DNA of 43,269 bases, from positions 1-43,269 of the forward strand of contig JAZNBI010000017.1 of the NCBI GenBank assembly GCA_045586995.1, in the 5' to 3' direction. The position numbers were made by a program, and so were the translations under genes. Below the pieces are notes generated by a model. That model saw nothing but the letters and a program-made list of their open reading frames with translations, searched no databases and was not told the DNA's origin. This DNA comes from Eubacteriales bacterium (GTDB taxonomy: Bacteria > Bacillota > Clostridia > Oscillospirales > CAG-272). Positions 6,732 through 15,169 of the stretch are shown in pieces; the first letter of the stretch is position 1; every line of letters begins with the position of its first letter.

Positions 6732-7826
6732 ATGAAAGAAAACATTTGCGCCATCTGCAACAGGCCGTTTGCAGAACACGAACTGACCGAATTTGACGAC
6801 CATTTGTTTTGTAAGAGTTGTCTCGCAGAACAGACCGTCCTTTGTCACGAATGCGGTGATCGAATCTACCGTAGTCAGAATGAAGGAACAAGCGATATCC
6901 CTCTCTGTCAAGATTGTTATGATGACCACTACACGCATTGCGAACGTTGCGGTAGGATGATTCATAACGATGCGGCTCACTACATCGACGATAGTGATTA
7001 TCCCTATTGCCGCTCCTGCTATGAGATTGAATGTGACCGCAGTATCAAGGAGTACAATTACAAACCCGATCCGATTTTCTATGGTGACGGTAACAGATTC
7101 TTCGGTGTGGAGCTTGAGATCGACGAGGGCGGTGAGGACGATTCCTCGGCAGAGGATGTGATGTACGCCGGCAACCGCTCAGACGAGCATATTTACTGTA
7201 AGCACGACGGTTCTTTGCAGGACGGATTTGAGATCGTCACACACCCTATGACGTTGGAATATCATATGGCAATTATGCCATGGAAGGACATTACCGACAA
7301 GGCGCGTAAGCTCGGCTATACTTCACATCAAGCTGAGACGTGCGGCTTACATATCCACGTCAACCGCACAAGCTTTGGCGAGAACGCAGAAGCACAGGAC
7401 GAGGCAATCGGGCGCATCTTGTATTTTGTAGAGCGTAATTGGAACGAGCTTTTGATCTTTTCACGCAGAACACAGGAGCAGCTTAACAGTTGGGCGCGCC
7501 GCTACGGATATAAGGATCAGCCGAAGGAAATGCTTGAACACGCCAAGAAAGGCTATGACGGCAGATATACCTGTGTCAACCTTACAAACTATTCTACAAT
7601 CGAATTTCGCATCTTCCGAGGCACTTTGAAATCAAATACCATTCTCGCCACCCTGCAGTTGGTCAACCACATCTGCGAGGTGGCTGTTTCTTTGTCAGAC
7701 GAGGAAGTACGCCACCTCTCTTGGAGTCGTTTCGTAGATCTGATTACCGAGCCGGAGCTGATTCAGTACCTCAAAGAACGCCGCATTTATATCAACGAAT
7801 CAATAGAAACGGAGGAAGAAATATAA
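6732..7826 (+). CDS. amidoligase-family enzyme (glutamine-synthetase-like fold) with N-terminal Cys-rich zinc-finger array
   Basis: GGAGG RBS at ATG 6732. Six CxxC pairs lie in the first ~95 aa. Amidoligase_2-like motifs follow: FGVELEIDEGG, HDGSL..GFEIVTHP, CGLHIHVNR, EFRIFRGT. Confidence 0.75.
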   Translation: MKENICAICNRPFAEHELTEFDDHLFCKSCLAEQTVLCHECGDRIYRSQNEGTSDIPLCQDCYDDHYTHCERCGRMIHNDAAHYIDDSDYPYCRSCYEIECDRSIKEYNYKPDPIFYGDGNRFFGVELEIDEGGEDDSSAEDVMYAGNRSDEHIYCKHDGSLQDGFEIVTHPMTLEYHMAIMPWKDITDKARKLGYTSHQAETCGLHIHVNRTSFGENAEAQDEAIGRILYFVERNWNELLIFSRRTQEQLNSWARRYGYKDQPKEMLEHAKKGYDGRYTCVNLTNYSTIEFRIFRGTLKSNTILATLQLVNHICEVAVSLSDEEVRHLSWSRFVDLITEPELIQYLKERRIYINESIETEEEI

Positions 7827-8764
7827 TGTGCTGTCTGTTTGGAATCTTGGATTACGGAAACACTTTGACCGTCCGACAGCGGACAAAAATCTTGTCAATA
7901 CTTGCATCATCTTGCGAGGTCAGAGGCACGGATGCAACGGGAATCGCTTACAATACCGATTCGCATTTGACTATCTACAAACGCCCAAAAACCGCTCACA
8001 AAATGTGGTTTCGTCTACCTGTGGATGCCAACGTCATTATGGGACACACCCGCATGACAACACAGGGCAACGAAAAATTCAATCAGAACAACCATCCCTT
8101 TTATGGGAGGGTCGGAAATACGCCCTTTGCCCTTGCGCATAACGGAATGCTGATGAATGACGACGAGCTTCAAAAGAAATACCGTCTGCCCAAAACCAAC
8201 ATTGAAACCGATTCCTACGTGGCGGTTCAGCTATTGGAAAGGCAGACGGATCTGTCATTTGAAAGTATGGCAAAGGTCGCAGAGGAGTTGGAAGGCTCGT
8301 TCACGTTGTCGATGCTTGACAACACGAACAACGTCTATTTCGTCAAGGGCAACAATCCGCTCTGCCTTTATTATTGGCGTGAACGGAATTTGTATATCTA
8401 TGCCTCAACAGAAGAAATATTGAAGTCAGCACTCGCTCGTATCCCCTATAATTTCGGCATTGCGGAGAGCATTGAGATCAATGAGGGAGATATGATGAAG
8501 ATATCCCCAAGCGGTTCGCGTGAGACGTCGCAGTTCTCTTTGCAGAATCTTTACGCATACGGATATTATGGATATCCGTATAGATATTTTCTTGATGAAT
8601 GGGATGATGTTGAGCCAAAGGAAACAGGGCGGTCATACAAGGACATTCTAAAATCTATGGCACACACCTTCGGCTACACCGCCGAGGACGTGGACGCTTT
8701 GCTCGCGGAAGGATTCACCTTGCAGGACATTGAAGATTTCTTCTATGAAGGAGTGTACTGTTAG
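7826..8764 (+). CDS. class-II (Ntn, N-terminal Cys) glutamine amidotransferase-like protein
   Basis: The start overlaps the upstream stop (TAATG). The N-terminus is MCCLFGIL. Other motifs: GTDATGIAY, GHTRMTTQG, NNHPF, AHNGML.N. Confidence 0.75.
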   Translation: MCCLFGILDYGNTLTVRQRTKILSILASSCEVRGTDATGIAYNTDSHLTIYKRPKTAHKMWFRLPVDANVIMGHTRMTTQGNEKFNQNNHPFYGRVGNTPFALAHNGMLMNDDELQKKYRLPKTNIETDSYVAVQLLERQTDLSFESMAKVAEELEGSFTLSMLDNTNNVYFVKGNNPLCLYYWRERNLYIYASTEEILKSALARIPYNFGIAESIEINEGDMMKISPSGSRETSQFSLQNLYAYGYYGYPYRYFLDEWDDVEPKETGRSYKDILKSMAHTFGYTAEDVDALLAEGFTLQDIEDFFYEGVYC

Positions 8765-8914
8765 GGTACACCCTATTGAGAGAATCACAAAGTATGCTAA
8801 TAGAGTCGGTTTCGGCATTTTGGAATATGCCATTTGTAAGACCAACCCTATTGAGAATTTGGATTTTTGAGCGTTGCAGTCGTTGGATGATTTCGATTTC
8901 CGCCAAGGCGTAAT

Positions 8915-8945
8915 ATTACTGTTCACGCATCGTGTGAACAGTAAT
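8915..8945. repeat. perfect 12-bp inverted repeat ATTACTGTTCAC-n7-GTGAACAGTAAT upstream of the recombinase gene
   Basis: Exact palindrome arms at 8915-8926 and 8934-8945. No T-run follows, so it is more likely a protein-binding site than a terminator. Confidence 0.6.
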
Positions 8946-9009
8946 TGCGGAAAGCGAAATCAGACGACGATCTGCAGGAGCGAAAAAATCATTATGAAAG
9001 GAAAGAATT

Positions 9010-9558
9010 ATGAAAATCGGATATATACGAATCAGCACCACGGATCAGAATACCTCTCGACAGGAGGTGTTGATGAAAGAACTTGGTGTAGAACAGGTCT
9101 ATATTGACCGTATGAGCGGCAAGAACACCGACCGCCCGGAGTTAAAGCGGATGATGAATTTTGTGCGCGAGGGTGACGAGGTAATTGTGGAATCCATAAG
9201 CCGCTTTGCAAGGAACACCCGTGACCTTTTGGATCTCGTTGAGCAGCTTACGGCAAAAGGCGTTGAGTTCATATCTAAAAAGGAAGCTATTGACACGACA
9301 ACGCCCACTGGCAAATTTATGCTTACCGTCTTTGGCGCGGTTGCCGAACTTGAACGTGAATACACGTTGCAGAGGCAAAAGGAAGGTATTGCGATCGCAA
9401 AGGAAAACGGCATTTACAAGGGACGAAAGCCAATTGAGCGTGATAACTTCGCTTCAGTCGTTTCTCTTTGGAAACAAGAAAAAATCACGGCTGTGGAGGC
9501 AATGAAGCGGCTGAATATGAAACCGAGTACATTTTACAGAAAGGTAAAATCATTATGA
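9010..9558 (+). CDS. small serine recombinase (resolvase/invertase family, 182 aa)
   Basis: N-terminal MKIGYIRISTTDQ with the catalytic Ser context. Also VESISRFARNTRD and a C-terminal HTH. Confidence 0.85.
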   Translation: MKIGYIRISTTDQNTSRQEVLMKELGVEQVYIDRMSGKNTDRPELKRMMNFVREGDEVIVESISRFARNTRDLLDLVEQLTAKGVEFISKKEAIDTTTPTGKFMLTVFGAVAELEREYTLQRQKEGIAIAKENGIYKGRKPIERDNFASVVSLWKQEKITAVEAMKRLNMKPSTFYRKVKSL

Positions 9559-9899
9559 GAGTAATTATTGTTGAACCATACAAAGAGCCATACGAAAAAG
9601 AAATCAACGGAAAGCTGAAAACCTTGCAAGGCTTCGTGGGCGGCTTGATACAAGTGCTATATCCATTTGAGGACGAGCATATTGCCCTCATTTGCAACGA
9701 CGAAGGAAAGCTGCTCGGATTACCGCTTAACCGCGCTCTACGCAATAAGCGCGGCGAGATATATGACATTGTGAGCGGCACGTTCCTGCTTTGCTCTGCA
9801 CCGCCTACAAGTCCACACTTTGAAAGTCTGTCGGACGAGCAGATACAGAAATACATTCAGAAATTCAAAAATATAGAAATTTATATTCGGAGGAAATAA
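9555..9899 (+). CDS. DUF3846-like protein (114 aa)
   Basis: ATGA overlap with the recombinase stop. The motif run VIIVEP..LQ..VGG.I..VYPF.D..ALICNDEGKL.GLPLNRAL is typical of DUF3846. Confidence 0.6.
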   Translation: MRVIIVEPYKEPYEKEINGKLKTLQGFVGGLIQVLYPFEDEHIALICNDEGKLLGLPLNRALRNKRGEIYDIVSGTFLLCSAPPTSPHFESLSDEQIQKYIQKFKNIEIYIRRK

Positions 9900-9901
9900 T
9901 T

Positions 9902-10000
9902 ATGCATTGGACATTACTTGGATTTGTAGTCACCTTGGCGGTACTCTGTGTAATGGAGTTCTGCGGCTCACGCCGCAGAAAGAAAGGGTGCTGCTGTTGA
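9902..10000 (+). CDS. mini hydrophobic peptide, 32 aa (MHWTLLGFVVTLAVLCVMEFCGSRRRKKGCCC)
   Basis: GGAGG RBS 8 nt upstream. One TM-like helix and a basic, Cys-rich tail. Below the track cutoff. Confidence 0.4.
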   Translation: MHWTLLGFVVTLAVLCVMEFCGSRRRKKGCCC

Positions 10001-10118
10001 GAGACTGCCGCACCAATACCGCCTCGTGCTTTGGCGACCACAAATAACGGGAAAGCGTGACCGCTTTCCCGTTAGATAAACAAAAAATAAAATTTAATTT
10101 TTGAAAGGAGACAAAACT

Positions 10119-10244
10119 ATGCCTATTATTTTCGCAGTTGTCGGAACACCGCTCGCATCCTTTGCTGAGGGCGCGATCCTCGCCGCATCCGTGTACCTTG
10201 TAAGCAGAGGCGCAAAGAATCCGTTGAAGAACAAGAAGAAGTAA
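10119..10244 (+). CDS. mini hydrophobic peptide, 41 aa, Lys-rich tail (MPIIFAVVGTPLASFAEGAILAASVYLVSRGAKNPLKNKKK)
   Basis: AAAGGAG RBS 8 nt upstream. It is preceded by a 12-bp hairpin (10046-10073). Below the track cutoff. Confidence 0.45.
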   Translation: MPIIFAVVGTPLASFAEGAILAASVYLVSRGAKNPLKNKKK

Positions 10245-10249
10245 TATTC

Positions 10250-10365
10250 TGTGTCAATGTGTCAGTGTCACAGGATATTTTCTTTTTATCCTTATATATT
10301 TCTCGTCAAAAATATGCTATAATAGAGGAAAATAAAAGTATGTGTGACACTGACACATTGACACA
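10250..10365. repeat. perfect 23-bp inverted repeat (TGTGTCAATGTGTCAGTGTCACA) bracketing a 70-bp promoter-bearing segment
   Basis: Arms 10250-10272 and 10343-10365 are exact reverse complements. Each arm contains three GTGTCA units. Confidence 0.9.
10315..10323 (+). promoter_or_regulatory. extended -10 element TGcTATAAT inside the IR-bracketed segment, facing the 490-aa gene
   Basis: TG at 10315-10316 and TATAAT at 10318-10323. The -35 is weak (TATATT, 17-nt spacing). The RBS AAGGAG (10365-10370) lies just outside the right arm. Confidence 0.45.
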
Positions 10366-10377
10366 AGGAGAAAAGCA

Positions 10378-11850
10378 ATGGATAAACGGATGAAATATTA
10401 TGATATGGATTGTCAATATCCATCTAATGATGCTAATTTCAAATTAACGCTATCAAGCTTGTGCGAAGAGATAATTAAAGATTGTTATACTGATGAAAAA
10501 ATAATAATTGAGTCCTCGGTTAGAGATAAAATCAAAAATTCTAAAAAATCTGGTTTGATTGATAGGTTAAAAAAACAACTTAACTTTGATGTTGAGGCAA
10601 TATCTAAAGGAAACAAGAATGAGATCTTTGACGAATATAAGCTCTTGAAGTTATTGTACTTAATAGAACATAAAGGCTTTTCATATAATGAAAAAGAATA
10701 TGGTAAATTTCCAGTTATAGATTTGCTTTCTAATCCTCGACTTGAAAATGTTCATACTGTTTTTTCTGTCAATGACCATTATGGGGACACATATGAGTAT
10801 TTGTGCAATTCTATTGCGCCATTCGTAAAAGATATTGAAAAACGATGTAAGTTAATACAGCAAGTATCTTCCGACTGGGAGAAAACAGTACTCAATTTTT
10901 TGTATTTCTTTGTTTCTGATATAGCGATAGATTCTTTATGGAGTAATATTTTTTTACTTGACCGTGTTTACTACTATTTGAAAGAAATAATTGAACCTCT
11001 ATTGAAAACAAATATAGAAGAAAATCATAATTGTTATAAAGAAGGGGTATTAAACACTTTTTATAATATTTTGATTTGCTATTATTTCAAGTGCAATGAA
11101 AACGATCGGATTATTAATGCGAGTAACGTTCAATATGTTCTTATGGACTTAAATTACATTGAAAAATATAAAATGTATGATAATATATTTATCCCAATGG
11201 AATTTATTGAAGATGTAAAAAAGTTCTTGTTAGGAAAACACATAAACAACTCCAATGTTAATAAATTTATGGAATTAATTTTCTATAAGAAGGAATTTAC
11301 CGATGATTATGTAAAAAACGTTCTATATGCATTGGATCATGTTGAATCTTATTGGGAAATAGTAAAAAAAGCCAAAAATGCAAGTGATACTGAAATGTGC
11401 TTGGGTATACTTGTTTCTATTGTTCAAGAAATAATATATATGAAAGAAACTAAACCCCAAATAATCAATACTTTTTTAGGACATGAGAACGCACAAAAAT
11501 CGTTATTGAGAATCATATCCTCTCCGAATAAAGAAAATGGGATTGGCTTTCAAATATTGAGAGATCGATTGGAAAACAGGGTAAGCATCAATACGGGCGG
11601 ACGAGAATTGATTGTTCGTGCGAGGATAATACAGAAAGAAATATATAGAATCAAGAAACTCATATTCAGCTATCAAAATATCGAAGATATTATCGAAATT
11701 CACAATATTATACACACCACTGTTGTTAATTTATTTAAAATGGGACGAATAGATACAAATATATTAAAAATGGATTTAGAAAATCAACTTAGTGCTTTTT
11801 TCGAAAAAACAAAAAACTACCATTCAAAACCCAAAGAAAAAACAGAATAG
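10378..11850 (+). CDS. hypothetical protein, 490 aa, very AT-rich, no recognised domain
   Basis: Long ORF with an AAGGAG RBS, followed by a strong terminator. It looks predominantly helical by composition. Confidence 0.7.
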   Translation: MDKRMKYYDMDCQYPSNDANFKLTLSSLCEEIIKDCYTDEKIIIESSVRDKIKNSKKSGLIDRLKKQLNFDVEAISKGNKNEIFDEYKLLKLLYLIEHKGFSYNEKEYGKFPVIDLLSNPRLENVHTVFSVNDHYGDTYEYLCNSIAPFVKDIEKRCKLIQQVSSDWEKTVLNFLYFFVSDIAIDSLWSNIFLLDRVYYYLKEIIEPLLKTNIEENHNCYKEGVLNTFYNILICYYFKCNENDRIINASNVQYVLMDLNYIEKYKMYDNIFIPMEFIEDVKKFLLGKHINNSNVNKFMELIFYKKEFTDDYVKNVLYALDHVESYWEIVKKAKNASDTEMCLGILVSIVQEIIYMKETKPQIINTFLGHENAQKSLLRIISSPNKENGIGFQILRDRLENRVSINTGGRELIVRARIIQKEIYRIKKLIFSYQNIEDIIEIHNIIHTTVVNLFKMGRIDTNILKMDLENQLSAFFEKTKNYHSKPKEKTE

Positions 11851-11859
11851 AAGTGGTAG

Positions 11860-11906
11860 AATAATACCGTAAGGAGCCGGCGACCTTGCGGTATTATTTT
11901 ATTTTT
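11860..11906 (+). terminator. intrinsic terminator, 15-bp stem + T-run
   Basis: AATAATACCGTAAGG / CCTTGCGGTATTATT (one G-U pair), followed by TTTATTTTT. Confidence 0.8.
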
Positions 11907-11916
11907 GGAGGAAAAT

Positions 11917-13533
11917 ATGAAAAACAAAGAAACTCATAATCCTAATATGGATTTAAAAGTTATGGAAGAACCAATGATCTTTTATGATGACTATGGCACA
12001 CCTTTAAAATCACCAATGATTTTCTATAATGGTCCTTTAAATCCAGATTATCCCTTACCACCCATACCCACATTGGGTAAAGAGTACTATAAAAATCTCT
12101 TTTCATATGATAAAGCAGAGCAAAAGAGCAAACCACCGCTGATTGTAAAAGCTCAAATAGTGACAGGAACAGAATCAACCTCAAATATTCAAACGACCGA
12201 TGCGAAGAAGAATTCAAAAAAAGGAAAAGAGGGTGACAACTCTGAAACTGTAACTATTTCAGCACAGTATGCATTGGTGCAAGAGTTTCTGCAAAAGAAA
12301 AGCGTTCGTATTGTAAACGAAGTAATATTTATGTACTTTGATAATTCTTATTATGAAATATCTTTTATTAATCTTAAGCGTGAGCTTTTTGATTGTTTAC
12401 GCAACAAATTAAAATACTATCCCAGTAGCTATGTAGATTCAGTTGCAAATTTTATGCTAAAAGAAAAAAGAATATGCTTTAAACAAAAAGATATTTCAAA
12501 AGAGTATATTGCCTTTAACAATTGTCTCTTAAATATTGCAACTGGACAATGCTTACCACATACACCTAATATTTTTACAACATATAAAATCGAAGCGGAT
12601 TATTATAAGTACGAATCACCCACCCCTCTTTTTGATAATTTTCTATGGAAATCAACTGGTGGGGATCGTGTTTTAATTGAAAGAATTTGGCAAGTGATCG
12701 GATATATTTTAACACCAGATGTTTCTGCCAAAAAATATTTTCTCTTGCAAGGAGTTAGAGACTCAGGAAAAAGTGTTTTGGTTCGTGTCCTGGAAGGATT
12801 ATTTAATGATGATGCAGTAACAGGATTAGACATATCTGAATACGGTCAAAGATTTTCTATGGCAAGTATTATTGGAAAAGCCTTGTGCACAAGCGCAGAT
12901 ATGGAAGGCAAAATAATTGATCTAACATCTGCAAGCAAAATAAAACAACTTACTGGAAACGATACCACAACAACCGATGTTAAATATGGCAAACGAGAAA
13001 AATTTGTTTGTTCAGCTAAACTAATTTTTGCCACAAATCATCCATTTAGAGTTTCCGTTCCAGATCCCGCATTCTTTTCACGGTGCGTAGCAATCCCATT
13101 TTACTATTCTATTCCAAACGAAAAGAAAGATGTTCATCTGGATATAAAGTTATTACAAGAACGTAACGGCATTGTTTTTAAGGCAATTGCAGCTTATAGG
13201 AGATTGGTGGCAAGGAATTATGTTTTTGAAGGTCACTATAGTAAGGATGAAATATTTGCTATGGATGCGGATGACAAAGAAACATATCAAATGTCAATTT
13301 CAAAATTTGCTAAATATTATTTTACAAATGACGAAAACGGTATTGTTTTTATTGAAGATGCCCATCAATTATTTCTGCAAAAATATGGATATGCACCACT
13401 CAACGACTTTTCATATCTGTTTCAAGAATTTGTTAGAGAAAATTATAACGCGCAAAAGGCGAGGAAACGAAAAGCTGGTAATCCTAATGCTCAGAGTTGC
13501 ATTTTGGGGATTTCACTAAAAGAGAGGTGCTAA
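11917..13533 (+). CDS. phage/plasmid primase P4-family C-terminal domain / D5-like SF3 helicase protein
   Basis: GGAGG RBS at ATG 11917. Walker A FLLQGVRDSGKS. Also KQLTGNDTTTTDVKYGK...KLIFATNHPF...FFSRCVAIPF, which is typical of the family. Confidence 0.8.
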   Translation: MKNKETHNPNMDLKVMEEPMIFYDDYGTPLKSPMIFYNGPLNPDYPLPPIPTLGKEYYKNLFSYDKAEQKSKPPLIVKAQIVTGTESTSNIQTTDAKKNSKKGKEGDNSETVTISAQYALVQEFLQKKSVRIVNEVIFMYFDNSYYEISFINLKRELFDCLRNKLKYYPSSYVDSVANFMLKEKRICFKQKDISKEYIAFNNCLLNIATGQCLPHTPNIFTTYKIEADYYKYESPTPLFDNFLWKSTGGDRVLIERIWQVIGYILTPDVSAKKYFLLQGVRDSGKSVLVRVLEGLFNDDAVTGLDISEYGQRFSMASIIGKALCTSADMEGKIIDLTSASKIKQLTGNDTTTTDVKYGKREKFVCSAKLIFATNHPFRVSVPDPAFFSRCVAIPFYYSIPNEKKDVHLDIKLLQERNGIVFKAIAAYRRLVARNYVFEGHYSKDEIFAMDADDKETYQMSISKFAKYYFTNDENGIVFIEDAHQLFLQKYGYAPLNDFSYLFQEFVRENYNAQKARKRKAGNPNAQSCILGISLKERC

Positions 13534-13535
13534 AA

Positions 13536-13745
13536 ATGACATACATGAATTTTGAATCAATGCCTCTTGTAATTGATGTTGTAGATGTGGCAGATACACT
13601 CAAAATTGGTCGCAACAAAGCATATGAGCTTATACAAGAAGGCAAATTGAGAAGTGTAAAGATCGGCAATCAATATCGTATCCCGAGAGAGTCATTTATA
13701 GACTTTTTGATGGGTGAAGTAAGAACAGAAGCCGCTCGTCCTTAA
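13536..13745 (+). CDS. xis: excisionase-family HTH DNA-binding protein
   Basis: AGAGAGG RBS. The motif LKIGRNKAYELIQEGKLRSVKIGNQYRIPRESFIDFL. It lies immediately upstream of int. Confidence 0.7.
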   Translation: MTYMNFESMPLVIDVVDVADTLKIGRNKAYELIQEGKLRSVKIGNQYRIPRESFIDFLMGEVRTEAARP

Positions 13746-13777
13746 AGGGTGAGCGGAAGTAAAAAGGAGGAAATATT

Positions 13778-15169
13778 ATGTCAATCAGACAAAGGGGTAA
13801 CCGCTATCAAGTGAGCTATCGTTGCCCCGGGGAAAGCTCGCCCCGTACAGAAACATTCAAAACCGAGGAAGAGGCTTTGATACGCGAAGCACAGATTCGT
13901 CTTGCCAAGAAAAACGGCTCGTTTGAGCCGCCTACAAGGCTTTCTAAAAACATAATCAAGCAAGTGAAAGATATTACTGTAAGCGACTTCTTAAAGGAAT
14001 TTATAGAGGAATACGGGTTGAAGAAATGGGGCAATTCTTATTATTCCACCAATCTCGGACTCATTAAGAATTATATTGATCCGTTTATCGGGGAACGGTA
14101 CGTGCGTTCGATCACCGTTCGTGATATAGATTCCTACTACACAATGTTGCTTGGTGTTTCTGCGGTTCTACCCGCAGGACACAAGGACACGGGAGAAAAG
14201 GTTACGGCAAGTACGATCGCTCGCATACATAAGCTACTGAAAAGCGCATTCGGCAAGGCGGTAGTATGGGAGTACACCAAGATCAATCCTACACTTGGAG
14301 CAACGCTACCACAGCAACGCACACAGGAGAGGGCGGTATGGTCTGATTCCGAAGCTCTACAGGCTTTGAATCTTTGTGAGCATCCCACGCTAAAAATTTG
14401 TCTGTATCTTGCACTCGGATGCAGTATGCGCCTCGGTGAAATATTGGGATTACAATGGAAAAACGTGCATATGTCTCCCTCTGATATTGGATCGGGAGAG
14501 CCGTATTTGAAAGTAGATCGTGAGCTTCAAAGATGCCGTAATGACAGCATCGAGGTTTTGGAGAGGGTGAACCGCAGTACGATCATCACAAAATTTCCCG
14601 CAGTAATGCCTAAAAAATCTACTACAACATTGGTATTGAAAGCACCAAAGACCGAGAGCAGTAACCGCACAATATATTTACCAAATGCGGTGATTGCAGA
14701 GTTGCAGAAAGTGAAAGCCGAGCAAGAAAAATACAAAGCTATGCTTGGCAACGAATTTCGGGACTATGATTTAGTCATAGCACAGATTAACGGTCGTCCG
14801 TTTGAGATTCGCACGATCGACCGTTGGTTTTATGAACTGATTGAGAAACACTCCTTACGTCCCGTTGTATTTCACAGTTTGCGCCACAGTAGCACGTCTT
14901 TGAAGCTAAAACTAAGCCGTGGTAATATTAAGGCGGTTCAAGGTGACACAGGACACGCCGAGGCTCGTATGGTTACGGACACATACGCCCACGGATTTGA
15001 CGAGGATAGAAAGCTGATCGCAAAGGAAATGGATTCGGGATTTTTCTCTAAAGTTGGCGACAAAATGGCTACTACTCCGCTTACAGATGATACGTTAGAA
15101 AAGCTCAAATTATTGATTCAAGAGCGTCCCGAGCTCTTGAATGAACTGTTGGAAAAGTCAAGTAGATAA
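13778..15169 (+). CDS. int: tyrosine-type site-specific integrase
   Basis: AAGGAGG RBS. N-terminal arm-binding-like domain. Catalytic context MRLGEILGL, FHSLRHSSTS and GHAEARMVTDTYAH. Confidence 0.9.
   Translation: MSIRQRGNRYQVSYRCPGESSPRTETFKTEEEALIREAQIRLAKKNGSFEPPTRLSKNIIKQVKDITVSDFLKEFIEEYGLKKWGNSYYSTNLGLIKNYIDPFIGERYVRSITVRDIDSYYTMLLGVSAVLPAGHKDTGEKVTASTIARIHKLLKSAFGKAVVWEYTKINPTLGATLPQQRTQERAVWSDSEALQALNLCEHPTLKICLYLALGCSMRLGEILGLQWKNVHMSPSDIGSGEPYLKVDRELQRCRNDSIEVLERVNRSTIITKFPAVMPKKSTTTLVLKAPKTESSNRTIYLPNAVIAELQKVKAEQEKYKAMLGNEFRDYDLVIAQINGRPFEIRTIDRWFYELIEKHSLRPVVFHSLRHSSTSLKLKLSRGNIKAVQGDTGHAEARMVTDTYAHGFDEDRKLIAKEMDSGFFSKVGDKMATTPLTDDTLEKLKLLIQERPELLNELLEKSSR

Noticed and set aside
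10250-10365. GTGTCA-rich repeats, considered as a CRISPR or iteron array.
   Set aside because: There are only two arms in inverted orientation, with no repeat-spacer periodicity. No CRISPR array or cas gene occurs anywhere in the window.
13172-13519. 115-aa alternative-frame ORF inside the primase-helicase gene.
   Set aside because: It is out of frame within a gene carrying clear family motifs, and it has no RBS.
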